Part shown: positions 12,779 through 26,120 of the stretch, piece by piece
How the letters are laid out: every line of letters starts with the position of its first letter
How positions within the stretch are numbered: the first letter of the stretch is position 1
From: Eledone cirrhosa
Taxonomy: Eukaryota
Direction: 5' to 3'
DNA length: 64,000 nucleotides
NCBI GenBank assembly: GCA_964016885.1
Contig: OZ024741.1
Coordinates: 256,928,001-256,992,000, forward strand
Notes under the pieces: generated by a model
Told to the model about the DNA's origin: nothing
What the model saw: the letters and a program-made list of their open reading frames with translations, nothing else
The model's database searches: none
Made by a program: the position numbers and the translations under genes

Positions 12779-15316
12779 GTTTCGCTTTACGAATGTTTCG
12801 ACTTACGAGTGTTTCGACTTACGAGTGTTTCGACTTACGGGTGTTTCGACTTACGAGTGTTTCGACATACGAGTGTTCTGACTACGAGTGTTCTGACTTA
12901 CGGGTGCTCTGACTTACGAGTGTTTCGACTTACGAGTGTTTCGACTTACGAGTGTTTCGACTTACGAGTGTTTCGGCTTACGAGTGTTTCGACTTACTAA
13001 TGTTTTTACTTAAGAGTGTTTCGGTGTACGAGTGTTTCGACTTAAGGATGTTTCGACTTACGAGTGTTTCGACTTACGAGTGTTTTGGCTTACGTGAGTT
13101 TCGACTTAAGAGTGTTCTGATTTACGAGTGTTCTGACTTGCGGGTGTTCTGATTTACGAGTGTTCCGACTTACGAGTGTTTCGGCTTATGAGTGTTTCGA
13201 CTTACGAGTGTTTCGGCTTACGAGTGTTTCGACTTATGGGCGTTTCGACTTACGAGTGTTTTTACTTACGGTGTTTCGGCTTACGAGTGCTTCGACATAC
13301 GAGTGTTTTGACTTATGTGTGTTTCGACTTACGAGTGTTTTGACTTACGAATGTTTTGACTTACGAGTGTTTCGGCGTACGAGAGTTTTGACTTACGAGT
13401 GTTTCTACTTACGAGTGTTTCGACTTACGAATGTTTTGACTTACGAATGTTTTGACTTACGGGTGTTTCGGCTTACGAGTGTTTCGACTTACGAGTCTTT
13501 CGGCTTACGAGTGTTTCGACTTACTAATGTTTTTACTTACGAGTGTTTCGGCGTACGAGTGTTTCGACTTACGAGTGTTTCGGCTTACGAGTGTTTCGAC
13601 TTACTAATGTTTTTACTTACGAGTGTTTCGGCGTATGAGTGTTTCGACTTACGAGTGTTTTTACTTAAGGGTGTTTCGACTTACGTGTATTTTTGGCTTA
13701 CGAGTGTTTCGACTTACGAGTGTTTTGACTTACGAGTGTTCTGATTTACGGATGTTTCGACATACGAGTGTTTTGACTTACGATGTTTCGACTTACGAGT
13801 GTTTCGACTTACGAGTGTTTCGACTTACGGGTGTTTCGACTTACGAGTGTTTCAACTTACGAGTGTTTCGACTTACGAATGTTTCGACTTACGGGTGTTT
13901 CGGCTTACGAGTGTTTCGACTTACGAGTGTTCTGACTTACGAGTGTTCTGACTTACGAGTGTTCCGGCTTACGAGTTTTTCGACTTACGAGTGTTTCGAC
14001 TTACGGGTGTTTCGACTTAAGAGTGTTTCGACTTACGAGCGCTTCGACTTACGAGTGTTCTGACTTACGAGTGTTCCGACTTACGAGTGTTTCGGCTTAC
14101 GAGTGTTTCGACTTACGAGTGTTCCGGCTTACGCGTGTTTCGACTTACGAGTGTTTCGGCTTATGAGTGTTTCGACTTACGAGTGCTTCGGCTTACGAGT
14201 GTTTCGACTTACGAGTGTTTCGGCTTACGAGAGTTTCGACTTACGAATGTTTTGGCTTACGAGTGTTTCGGCTTACGAGTGTTTCGACTTACGGGTGTTT
14301 CGACTTACGGGTGTTCCGACTTAAGAGTGATTCGACTTACGAGCGCTTCGACTTACGAGTGTTCCGACTTACGAGTGTTTCTGCTTACGAGTGTTTCGAC
14401 TTACGAGTGTTTCGGCTTACAAGTGTTTCGGCTTACGAGTGGTTTGACTTACGAGTGTTCTGACTACGAGTGTTTCGACTTACGAGTGTTCCGGCTTACG
14501 CGTGTTTCGACTTACGAGTGTTTCGGCTTATGAGTGTTTCGACTCACGAGTGTTTCGGCTTACGAGTGTTTCGACTTACGAGTGTTTCGACTTACGGGTG
14601 TTTCGACTTACGAGTGTTTCGACTACGAATGTTTCGACTTACGAGTGTTTCGGCTTACGAGTGTTTCGACTTATGGGTGTTTCGACTTACGAGTGTTTTT
14701 ACTTACGGTGTTTCGGCTTCCGAGTGTTTCGACATACGAGTGTTTTGACTTACGGGTGTTTCGACTTACGAATGTTTTGACTTACGGGTGTTTCGGCTTA
14801 CGATTGTTTCGATTTATGAGTGTTTCGGCTTACGAGTGTTTCGACTTACTAATGTTTTTACTTACGAGTGTTTCGGCGTACGAGAGTTTTGACTTACGAG
14901 TGTTTCTACTTACGAGTGTTTCGACTTACGAGTGTTTTGACTTACGAATGTTTTGACTTACGGGTGTTTCGGCTTACGAGTGTTTCGACTTTCGAGTCTT
15001 TCGGCTTACGAGTGTTTCGACTTACTAATGTTTTTACTTACGAGTGTTTCGGCGTACGAGTGTTTCGACTTACGAGTGTTTCGACTTACGGGTGTTTTGA
15101 CTTACGGGTGTTTCGGCTTACGAGTGTTTCGACTTACGAGTGTTTTGACTTAAGGGTGTTTCGACTTACGAGTATTTTTGGCTTACGAGTGTTTCGACTT
15201 ACGAGTGTTTTGACCTACGAGTGTTCTAATTTACGGATGTTTCGACATACGAGTGTTTTGACTTACGAGTGTTTCGACTTATGAGTGTTTCGACTTACGA
15301 GTGTTTCGGCTTACGA

Positions 15317-16944
15317 GTGGTTTGACTTACGAGTGTTCTGACTACTAGTGTTTTGACTTACGAATGTTTCGGCTTATGAGTGTTTCGACTTACGAGTGTT
15401 TCGGTTTATGAGTGTTTCGACTTACGAGTGTTTCGGCTTACGAGTGTTTGGACTTACGAGTGTTTCGACTTACGGGTGTTTCGACTTACGAGTGTTTCGT
15501 CTACGAGTGTTTCGGCTTACGAGTGTTTCGACATACGGGTGTTTCGACTTACGGTGTTTCGGCTTACGAGTGTTTCGACTTACGAGTGTTCTGACTTACG
15601 AGTGTTCTGACTTATGAGTGTTCTGACTTACGAGTGTTCCGACTTACGAGTGTTTCGGCTTCCGAGTGTTTCGACTTACGAGTGTTTCGACTTACGAGTG
15701 TTTCGACTTATGAGTGTTTTGACTTACGGTGTTTCGGCTTACGAGTGTTTCGACTTACGAGTGTTTTGACTTACTGGTGTTTTGACATACGAGTGTTTCG
15801 ATACGAGTGTTTCGACTTACGAGTGTTCTGACTTACGAGTGTTCTGACTTACGAGTGTTCTGACTTACGAGTGTTCTAACTTACGAGTGTTCTGACTTAC
15901 GAGTGTTCTGACTTACGAGTGTTCCGACTTACGAGTGTTTCGGCTCACGAGTGTTTCGGCTTACGAGTGTTTCGACTTACGAAGATAACAAATAGACGCG
16001 GTTTCAAATCTCTATGCTTTTCAAATTCAGTACATTAATCTTTATTCATACGTTTCGCTTTACGAGTGTTTCGACTTACGAGTGTTTCGACTTACGAGTG
16101 TTTCGGCTTACGAGTGTTTTGACTTACGAGTGTTTTGACTTACATGTGTTTCGACTTACGCGTGTTTCGACTTATGAGTGTTCTGATTTACGGATGTTTC
16201 GACATACGAGTGTTTTGACTTACGGTGTTTCGACTTACGAGTGTTTTGACTTACGAGTGTTTCGGCTTACGAATGTTTCGACTTATGGGTGTTTCGACTT
16301 ACGAGTGTTTTTACTTACGGTGTTTCGGCTTACGAGTGTTTCGACATACGAGTGTTTTGACTTACGGGTGTTTCGACTTACGAGTGTTTCGACTTACGAA
16401 TGTTTTGACTTACGGGTGTTTCGGCTTACGAGTGTTTCGATTTATGAGTGTTTCGGCTTACGAGTGTTTCGACTTACTAATGTTTTTACTTACGAGTGTT
16501 TCGGCGTACGAGAGTTTTGACTTACGAGTGTTTCTACTTACGAGTGTTTCGACTTACGAGTGTTTTGACTTACGAATGTTTTGACTGACGGGTGTTTCGG
16601 CTTACGAGTGTTTCGACTTACGAGTCTTTCGGCTTACGAGTGTTTCGACTTACTAATGTTTTTACTTACGAGTGTTTCGGCGTACGAGTGTTTCGACTTA
16701 CGAGTGTTTCGACTTACGGGTGTTTTGACTTACGGGTGTTTCGGCTTACGAGTGTTTCGACTTACGAGTGTTTTGACTTAAGGGTGTTTCGACTTACGAG
16801 TATTTTTGGCTTACGAGTGTTTCGACTTACGAGTGTTTTGACTTACGAGTGTTCTAATTTACGGATGTTTCGACATACGAGTGTTTTGACTTACGAGTGT
16901 TTCGACTTATGAGTGTTTCGACTTACGAGTGTTTCGGCTTACGA
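15317..16944. repeat. Higher-order unit X (1628 bp, carries a haplotype-B interruption); representative copy
   Basis: Delimited by the marker monomer GAGTGGTTTGAC. Further copies start at 25386, 28641, 30269 (+16), 33540, 35168 (+16), 41343 (-63), 44535 (+16) and 53088; a diverged, shorter copy starts at 62295. Confidence 0.88.
15983..16051. repeat. 69-bp AT-rich interruption, haplotype B (copy 3)
   Basis: agataacaaatagacgcggtttcaaatctctatgcttttcaaattcagtacattaatctttattcatac; 5 substitutions relative to haplotype A. Confidence 0.97.
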
Positions 16945-19900
16945 GTGGTTTGACTTACGAGTGTTCTGACTACGAGTGATTTGACTTACGAGTGTTTTGG
17001 CTTATGAGTGTTTCGACTTACGAGTGTTTCGGCTTATGAGTGTTTCGACTTACGTGTGTTTCGGTTTACGAGTGTTTCGACTTACGAGTGTTTCGACTTA
17101 CGGGTGTTTCGACTTACGAGTGTTTCGACTACGAGTGTTTCGACTTACGAGTGTTTCGGCTTATGAGTGTTTCGACATACGGGTGTTTCGACTTACGATG
17201 TTTCGGCTTACGAGTGTTTCGACTTACGAGTATTCTGACTTACGGGTGTTTCGACTTACGGGTGTTTCGACTTAAGAGTGTTTCGACTTACGAGCGCTTC
17301 GACTTACGAGTGTTCTGACTTACGAGTGTTCCGACTTACGAGTGTTTCGGCTTACGAGTGTTTCGACTTACGAGTGTTCCGGCTTACGCGTGTTTCGACT
17401 TACGAGTGTTTCGGCTTATGAGTGTTTCGACTTACGAGTGCTTCGGCTTACGAGTGTTTCGACTTACGAGTGTTTCGGCTTACGAGAGTTTCGACTTACG
17501 AATGTTTTGGCTTACGAGTGTTTCGGCTTACGAGTGTTTCGACTTACGGGTGTTTCGACTTACGGGTGTTCCGACTTAAGAGTGATTCGACTTACGAGCG
17601 CTTCGACTTACGAGTGTTCCGACTTACGAGTGTTTCTGCTTACGAGTGTTTCGACTTACGAGTGTTTCGGCTTACAAGTGTTTCGGCTTACGAGTGGTTT
17701 GACTTACGAGTGTTCTAACTACGAGTGTTTCGACTTACGAGTGTTCCGGCTTACGCGTGTTTCGACTTACGAGTGTTTCGGCTTATGAGTGTTTCGACTC
17801 ACGAGTGTTTCGGCTTACGAGTGTTTCGACTTACGAGTGTTTCGACTTACGGGTGTTTCGACTTACGAGTGTTTCGACTACGAATGTTTCGACTTACGAG
17901 TGTTTCGGCTTACGAGTGTTTCGACTTATGGGTGTTTCGACTTACGAGTGTTTTTACTTACGGTGTTTCGGCTTCCGAGTGTTTCGACATACGAGTGTTT
18001 TGACTTACGGGTGTTTCGACTTACGAATGTTTTGACTTACGGGTGTTTCGGCTTACGATTGTTTCGATTTATGAGTGTTTCGGCTTACGAGTGTTTCGAC
18101 TTACTAATGTTTTTACTTACGAGTGTTTCGGCGTACGAGAGTTTTGACTTACGAGTGTTTCTACTTACGAGTGTTTCGACTTACGAGTGTTTTGACTTAC
18201 GAATGTTTTGACTTACGGGTGTTTCGGCTTACGAGTGTTTCGACTTTCGAGTCTTTCGGCTTACGAGTGTTTCGACTTACTAATGTTTTTACTTACGAGT
18301 GTTTCGGCGTACGAGTGTTTCGACTTACGAGTGTTTCGACTTACGGGTGTTTTGACTTACGGGTGTTTCGGCTTACGAGTGTTTCGACTTACGAGTGTTT
18401 TGACTTAAGGGTGTTTCGACTTACGAGTATTTTTGGCTTACGAGTGTTTCGACTTACGAGTGTTTTGACTTACGAGTGTTCTAATTTACGGATGTTTCGA
18501 CATACGAGTGTTTTGACTTACGAGTGTTTCGACTTATGAGTGTTTCGACTTACGAGTGTTTCGGCTTACGAGTGGTTTGACTTACGAGTGTTCTGACTAC
18601 GAGTGATTTGACTTACGAGTGTTTCGGCTTATGAGTGTTTCGACTTACGAGTGTTTCGGCTTATGAGTGTTTCGACTTACGTGTGTTTCGGTTTACGAGT
18701 GTTTCGACTTACGAGTGTTTCGACTTACGGGTGTTTCGACTTACGAGTGTTTCGACTACGAGTGTTTCGACTTACGAGTGTTTCGGCTTATGAGTGTTTC
18801 GACATACGGGTGTTTCGACTTACGATGTTTCGGCTTACGAGTGTTTCGACTTACGAGTATTCTGACTTACGGGTGTTTCGACTTACGGGTGTTTCGACTT
18901 AAGAGTGTTTCGACTTACGAGCGCTTCGACTTACGAGTGTTCTGACTTACGAGTGTTCCGACTTACGAGTGTTTCGGCTTACGAGTGTTTCGACTTACGA
19001 GTGTTCCGACTTACGCGTGTTTCGACTTACGAGTGTTTCGGCTTATGAGTGTTTCGACTTACGAGTGCTTCGGCTTACGAGTGTTTCGACTTACGAGTGT
19101 TTCGGCTTACGAGAGTTTCGACTTACGAATGTTTTGGCTTACGAGTGTTTCGGCTTACGAGTGTTTCGACTTACGGGTGTTTCGACTTACGGGTGTTCCG
19201 ACTTAAGAGTGATTCGACTTACGAGCGCTTCGACTTACGAGTGTTCCGACTTACGAGTGTTTCTGCTTACGAGTGTTTCGACTTACGAGTGTTTCGGCTT
19301 ACAAGTGTTTCGGCTTACGAGTGGTTTGACTTACGAGTGTTCTGACTACGAGTGTTTCGACTTACGAGTGTTCCGGCTTACGCGTGTTTCGACTTACGAG
19401 TGTTTCGGCTTATGAGTGTTTCGACTCACGAGTGTTTCGGCTTACGAGTGTTTCGACTTACGAGTGTTTCGACTTACGGGTGTTTCGACTTACGAGTGTT
19501 TCGACTACGAATGTTTCGACTTACGAGTGTTTCGGCTTACGAGTGTTTCGACTTATGGGTGTTTCGACTTACGAGTGTTTTTACTTACGGTGTTTCGGCT
19601 TCCGAGTGTTTCGACATACGAGTGTTTTGACTTACGGGTGTTTCGACTTACGAATGTTTTGACTTACGGGTGTTTCGGCTTACGATTGTTTCGATTTATG
19701 AGTGTTTCGGCTTACGAGTGTTTCGACTTACTAATGTTTTTACTTACGAGTGTTTCGGCGTACGAGAGTTTTGACTTACGAGTGTTTCTACTTACGAGTG
19801 TTTCGACTTACGAGTGTTTTGACTTACGAATGTTTTGACTTACGGGTGTTTCGGCTTACGAGTGTTTCGACTTTCGAGTCTTTCGGCTTACGAGTGTTTC

Positions 19901-20198
19901 GACTTACTAATGTTTTTACTTACGAGTGTTTCGGCGTACGAGTGTTTCGACTTACGAGTGTTTCGACTTACGGGTGTTTTGACTTACGGGTGTTTCGGCT
20001 TACGAGTGTTTCGACTTACGAGTGTTTTGACTTAAGGGTGTTTCGACTTACGAGTATTTTTGGCTTACGAGTGTTTCGACTTACGAGTGTTTTGACCTAC
20101 GAGTGTTCTAATTTACGGATGTTTCGACATACGAGTGTTTTGACTTACGAGTGTTTCGACTTATGAGTGTTTCGACTTACGAGTGTTTCGGCTTACGA
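16945..20198. repeat. Two tandem copies of higher-order unit Y (1627 bp, no interruption)
   Basis: Marker GTGGTTT at 16945, 18572 and 20199; ORF offsets 17342/18969 and 18123/19750 = 1627. Further Y copies start at 27014, 31913, 36812, 38439, 42908, 46179, 47806 (partial) and 54716 (-368), plus one ending at 57601. Confidence 0.88.
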
Positions 20199-23100
20199 GT
20201 GGTTTGACTTACGAGTGTTCTGACTACGAGTGTTTTGACTTACGAGTGTTTCGGCTTATGAGTGTTTCGACTTACGTGTGTTTCGGTTTACGAGTGTTTC
20301 GACTTACGAGTGTTTCGACTTACGGGTGTTTCGACTTACGAGTGTTTCGACTACGAGTGTTTCGACTTACGAGTGTTTCGGCTTACGAGTGTTTCGACAT
20401 ACGGGTGTTTCGACTTACGATGTTTCGGCTTACGAGTGTTTCGACTTACGAGTATTCTGACTTACGGGTGTTTCGACTTATGGGTGTTTCGACTTAAGAG
20501 TGTTTCGACTTACGAGCGCTTCGACTTACGAGTGTTCTGACTTACGAGTGTTCCGACTTACGAGTGTTTCGGCTTACGAGTGTTTCGACTTACGAGTGTT
20601 CCGGCTTACGCGTGTTTCGACTTACGAGTGTTTCGGCTTATGAGTGTTTCGACTTACGAGTGCTTCGGCTTACGACTGTTTCGACTTACGAGTGTTTCGG
20701 CTTACGAGAGTTTCGACTTACGAATGTTTTGGCTTACGAGTGTTTCGGCTTACGAGTGTTTCGACTTACGGGTGTTTCGACTTACGGGTGTTCCGACTTA
20801 AGAGTGATTCGACTTACGGGCGCTTCGACTTACGAGTGTTCCGACTTACGAGTGTTTCTGCTTACGAGTGTTTCGACTTACGAATGTTTCGACTTACGAG
20901 TGTTTCGGCTTACGAGAGTTTCGACTTACGAATGTTTTGGCTTACGAGTGTTTCGGCTTACGAGTGTTTCGACTTACGGGTGTTTCGACTTACGGGTGTT
21001 CCGACTTAAGAGTGATTCGACTTACGGGCGCTTGGACTTACGAGTGTTCCGACTTACGAGTGTTTCTGCTTACGAGTGTTTCGACTTACGAATGTTTCGA
21101 CTTACGAGTGTTTCGGCTTACGAGTGTTTCGACTTACTAATGTTTTTACTTACGAGTGTTTCGGCGTACGAGTGTTTCGACTTACGAGTGTTTCGGCTTA
21201 CGAGTGTTTCGACTTACGAGTGTTTTTACTTAAGGGTGTTTCGACTTACGAGTATTTTTGGCTTACGAGTGTTTCGACTTACGAGTGTTTTGACTTACGA
21301 GTGTTCTGATTTACGAATGTTTCGACATACGAGTGTTTTGACTTACGATGTTTCGACTTACGAGTGTTTCGACTTACGAGTGTTCTGACTTACGAGTGTT
21401 CTGACTTACGAGTGTTCCGGCTTACGAGTTTTTCGACTTACGAGTGTTTCGACTTACGAGTGTTTCGACTTACGAGTGTTTCGGCTTACGAGTGGTTTGA
21501 CTTACGAGTGTTCTGACTACGAGTGTTCTGACTTACGAGTGTTTCGGCTTATGAGTGTTTCGACTTACGAGTGTTTCGGTTTATGAGTGTTTCGACTTAC
21601 GAGTGTTTCGGCTTACGAGTGTTTCGACTTACGAATGTTTCGACTTACGGGTGTTTCGACTTACGAGTGTTTCGTCTACGAGTGTTTCGACTTACGAGTG
21701 TTTCGGCTTACGAGTGTTTCGACATACGGGTGTTTCGACTTACGGTGTTTCGGCTTTCGAGTGTTTCGACTTACGAGTGTTTTGACTTACGAGTGTTCTG
21801 ACTTACGAGTGTTCCGACTTACGAGTGTTCCGACTTACGAGTGTTTCGGCTTACGAGTGTTTCGGCTTACGAGTGTTTCGGCTTACGAGTGTTTTGACTT
21901 ACGAGTGTTCTGACTACGAGTGTTCTGACTTACGGGTGTTCTGACTTACGGTGTTCCGACTTACGAGTGTTTCGGCTAATGAGTGTTTCGACTTACGGGC
22001 GTTTCGACTTACGGGTGTTTCGAATTACGAGTGTTTTGACTTACGAGTGTTCTGACTTACGAGTGTTTTGACTTACGAGTGTTCCGACTTACGAGTGTTT
22101 CGGCTTACGGGTGTTTCGACGTACGAGTATTTTTGGCTTACGAGTGTTTCGAGTTACGAGTGTTTTGAATTACGATTGTTTCGGCTTACGAGTGTTTCGA
22201 CTTACGAGTATTTCGACTTACGAGTTTTTTTACTTACGGTGTTTCGGCTTACGAGTGTTTCGACTTACGAGTGTTTCGACTTACGGGTGTTTTGACATAC
22301 GAGTGTTTCGATATGAGTGCTCTGACTTACGAGTGTTCTGACTTATGAGTGTTCTGACTTACGAGTGTTCTGACTTACGGGTGTTCTGACTTACGTGTGT
22401 TCCGACTTACGTGTTTCAGCTATGGGTGTTTCGACTTACGAGTGTTTCGACTTACGAATGTTTTGGCTTACGAGTGTTTCGGCTTACGAATGTTTCGACT
22501 TACGAATGTTTTGGCTTACGAGTGTTTCGGCTTATGGGTGTTTCGACTTACGAGTGTTTCGACTTGCGAGTGTTTTGACTTACGGTGTTTCGGCTTACAA
22601 GTTATTCGACATACGAGTGTTTCGACTTACGAGTGTTTCGACTTACGGGTGTTTCGACTTACGAGTGTTTCGACTTACGAGTGTTCTGACTTACGAGTGT
22701 TCTGACTTACGAGTGTTCTGACTTACGAGTGTTCCGACTTACGAGTGTTCCGACTTACGAGTGTTTTGACTTACGAGTGTTCTGACTTACGAGTGTTCTT
22801 ACTTACGAGTGTTCCGACTTACGAGTGTTCCGACTTACGAGTGTTTCGGCTTACGAGTGTTTCGGCTTACTAATGTTTTTACTTACGAGTGTTTCGGTGT
22901 ACGAGTGTTTCGACTTAAGGATGTTTCGACTTACGAGTGTTTCGACTTACGAGTGTTTCGACTTACGAGTGTTTTGGCTTACGAATGTTTTTACTTACGG
23001 GTGTTTCGACTTACGGGTGTTTCGGCTTACGAGTGTTTCGACTTACGAGTGTTTTGACTTACGAGTGTTCTGACTTACGAGTGTTCCGACTTACGAGTGT

Positions 23101-25385
23101 TCCGACTTACGAGTGTTTCGGCTTACGAGTGTTTCGGCTTACGAGTGTTTCGGCTTACGAGTGTTTTGACTTACGAGTGTTCTGACTACGAGTGTTCTGA
23201 CTTACGGGTGTTCTGACTTACGAGTGTTCCGACTTACGAGTGTTTCGGCTAATGAGTGTTTCGACTTACGGGCGTTTCGACTTACGGGTGTTTCGACTTA
23301 CGAGTGTTTTGACTTATGAGTGTTCAGACTTACGAGTGTTCTGACTTACGAGTGTTCCGACTTACGACTGTTTCGACTTACGAGTGTTTTGACTTACGAG
23401 TGTTCCGACTTACGATTGTTTCGGCTTACGGGTGTTTCGACGTACGAGTATTTTTGGCTTACGAGTGTTTCGACTTACGAGTGTTTTGAATTACGATTGT
23501 TTCGGCTTACGAGTGTTTCGACTTACGAGTATTTCGACGTACGAGTTTTTTTTCCTTACGCTGTTTCGGCTTACGAGTGTTTCGACTTATGAGTGTTTCG
23601 ACTTACGAGTGTTCTGACTTACGAGTGTTCTGACTTGCGAGTGTTCCGACTTACGAGTGTTTCGGCTTACGAGTGTTTCGACATACGAGTGTTTTGACTT
23701 ACGGATGTTTCGACTTACGGGTGTTTCGACTTACGAGTGTTTCGACTTACGAGTGTTCTGACTACGAGTGTTCTGACTTACGGGTGTTTCGACTTACGAG
23801 TGTTCCGACCTACGAGGGTTTCAGCTTACGGGTGTTCCGGCTTATGAGTATTTTCGGCTTACGTGTGTTTCGACTTACGAGTGTTTTGACTTACGATTGT
23901 TTCGGCTTACGAGTGTTTCGACTTACGAGTGTTTCTACTTACGAGTGTTTTGACTTACGATTGTTTCGGCTTACGAGTGTTTCGACTTACGAGTGTTCTG
24001 ACTTACGAGTGTTCTGACTTACGAGTGTTCTGACTTACGAGTGTTTCGACTTACGAAAATAACAAATAGACGCGGTTTCAAATCTGTATGCTTTTCAAGT
24101 TCATTACATTAATCTTTATTTATACGTTTCGCTTTACGAATGTTTCGACTTACGAGTGTTTCGACTTACGAGTGTTTCGACTTACGGGTGTTTCGACTTA
24201 CGAGTGTTTCGACATACGAGTGTTCTGACTACGAGTGTTCTGACTTACGGGTGCTCTGACTTACGAGTGTTTCGACTTACGAGTGTTTCGACTTACGAGT
24301 GTTTCGACTTACGAGTGTTTCGGCTTACGAGTGTTTCGACTTACTAATGTTTTTACTTACGAGTGTTTCGGTGTACGAGTGTTTCGACTTAAGGATGTTT
24401 CGACTTACGAGTGTTTCGACTTACGAGTGTTTTGGCTTACGTGAGTTTCGACTTAAGAGTGTTCTGATTTACGAGTGTTCTGACTTGCGGGTGTTCTGAT
24501 TTACGAGTGTTCCGACTTACGAGTGTTTCGGCTTATGAGTGTTTCGACTTACGAGTGTTTCGGCTTACGAGTGTTTCGACTTATGGGCGTTTCGACTTAC
24601 GAGTGTTTTTACTTACGGTGTTTCGGCTTACGAGTGCTTCGACATACGAGTGTTTTGACTTATGTGTGTTTCGACTTACGAGTGTTTTGACTTACGAATG
24701 TTTTGACTTACGAGTGTTTCGGCGTACGAGAGTTTTGACTTACGAGTGTTTCTACTTACGAGTGTTTCGACTTACGAATGTTTTGACTTACGAATGTTTT
24801 GACTTACGGGTGTTTCGGCTTACGAGTGTTTCGACTTACGAGTCTTTCGGCTTACGAGTGTTTCGACTTACTAATGTTTTTACTTACGAGTGTTTCGGCG
24901 TACGAGTGTTTCGACTTACGAGTGTTTCGGCTTACGAGTGTTTCGACTTACTAATGTTTTTACTTACGAGTGTTTCGGCGTACGAGTGTTTCGACTTACG
25001 AGTGTTTTTACTTAAGGGTGTTTCGACTTACGTGTATTTTTGGCTTACGAGTGTTTCGACTTACAAGTGTTTTGACTTACGAGTGTTCTGATTTACGGAT
25101 GTTTCGACATACGAGTGTTTTGACTTACGATGTTTCGACTTACGAGTGTTTCGACTTACGAGTGTTTCGACTTACGGGTGTTTCGACTTACGAGTGTTTC
25201 AACTTACGAGTGTTTCGACTTACGAATGTTTCGACTTACGGGTGTTTCGGCTTACGAGTGTTTCGACTTACGAGTGTTCTGACTTACGAGTGTTCTGACT
25301 TACGAGTGTTCCGGCTTACGAGTTTTTCGACTTACGAGTGTTTCGACTTACGAGTGTTTCGACTTACGAGTGTTTCGGCTTACGA
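20199..25385. repeat. Higher-order block Z (~5.2 kb, carries a haplotype-A interruption)
   Basis: The same ordered variant monomers (caagttattcg, gttcagac, T8-cc, gacctacgagggtttcagc) recur at ~9.1-14.0 kb, ~48.6-53.1 kb and 57.6-62.3 kb, and partially at 0-9 kb. Confidence 0.85.
24057..24125. repeat. 69-bp AT-rich interruption, haplotype A (copy 4)
   Basis: Same sequence as 7081-7149. Confidence 0.97.
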
Positions 25386-26051
25386 GTGGTTTGACTTACG
25401 AGTGTTCTGACTACGAGTGTTCTGACTTACGAATGTTTCGGCTTATGAGTGTTTCGACTTACGAGTGTTTCGGTTTATGAGTGTTTCGACTTACGAGTGT
25501 TTCGGCTTACGAGTGTTTGGACTTACGAGTGTTTCGACTTACGGGTGTTTCGACTTACGAGTGTTTCGTCTACGAGTGTTTCGGCTTACGAGTGTTTCGA
25601 CATACGGGTGTTTCGACTTACGGTGTTTCGGCTTACGAGTGTTTCGACTTACGAGTGTTCTGACTTACGAGTGTTCTGACTTATGAGTGTTCTGACTTAC
25701 GAGTGTTCCGACTTACGAGTGTTTCGGCTTCCGAGTGTTTCGACTTACGAGTGTTTCGACTTACGAGTGTTTCGACTTATGAGTGTTTTGACTTACGGTG
25801 TTTCGGCTTACGAGTGTTTCGACTTACGAGTGTTTTGACTTACTGGTGTTTTGACATACGAGTGTTTCGATACGAGTGTTTCGACTTACGAGTGTTCTGA
25901 CTTACGAGTGTTCTGACTTACGAGTGTTCTGACTTACGAGTGTTCTAACTTACGAGTGTTCTGACTTACGAGTGTTCTGACTTACGAGTGTTCCGACTTA
26001 CGAGTGTTTCGGCTCACGAGTGTTTCGGCTTACGAGTGTTTCGACTTACGA

Positions 26052-26120
26052 AGATAACAAATAGACGCGGTTTCAAATCTCTATGCTTTTCAAATTCAGT
26101 ACATTAATCTTTATTCATAC
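26052..26120. repeat. 69-bp AT-rich interruption, haplotype B (copy 5)
   Basis: Same sequence as 15983-16051. Confidence 0.97.

Larger units (their letters stand above)
1800..13085. repeat. Near-perfect tandem duplication, period 5629 bp
   Basis: Offsets of 5629 for 1946/7575, 2871/8500, 3527/9156, 6344/11973 and 7180/12809, and for the interruptions 7081/12710. The junction lies at ~7430-7456. Confidence 0.92.

Noticed and set aside
16014-16520. MLFKFSTLIFIHTF... ORF starting at an ATG in the cassette (looks like a short hydrophobic leader)
   Set aside because: Only ~13 codons are non-satellite, and the hydrophobicity follows from T-richness. Length varies between copies (99-190 aa in the track; absent from it for most hap-A copies). 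There is no evidence of expression.
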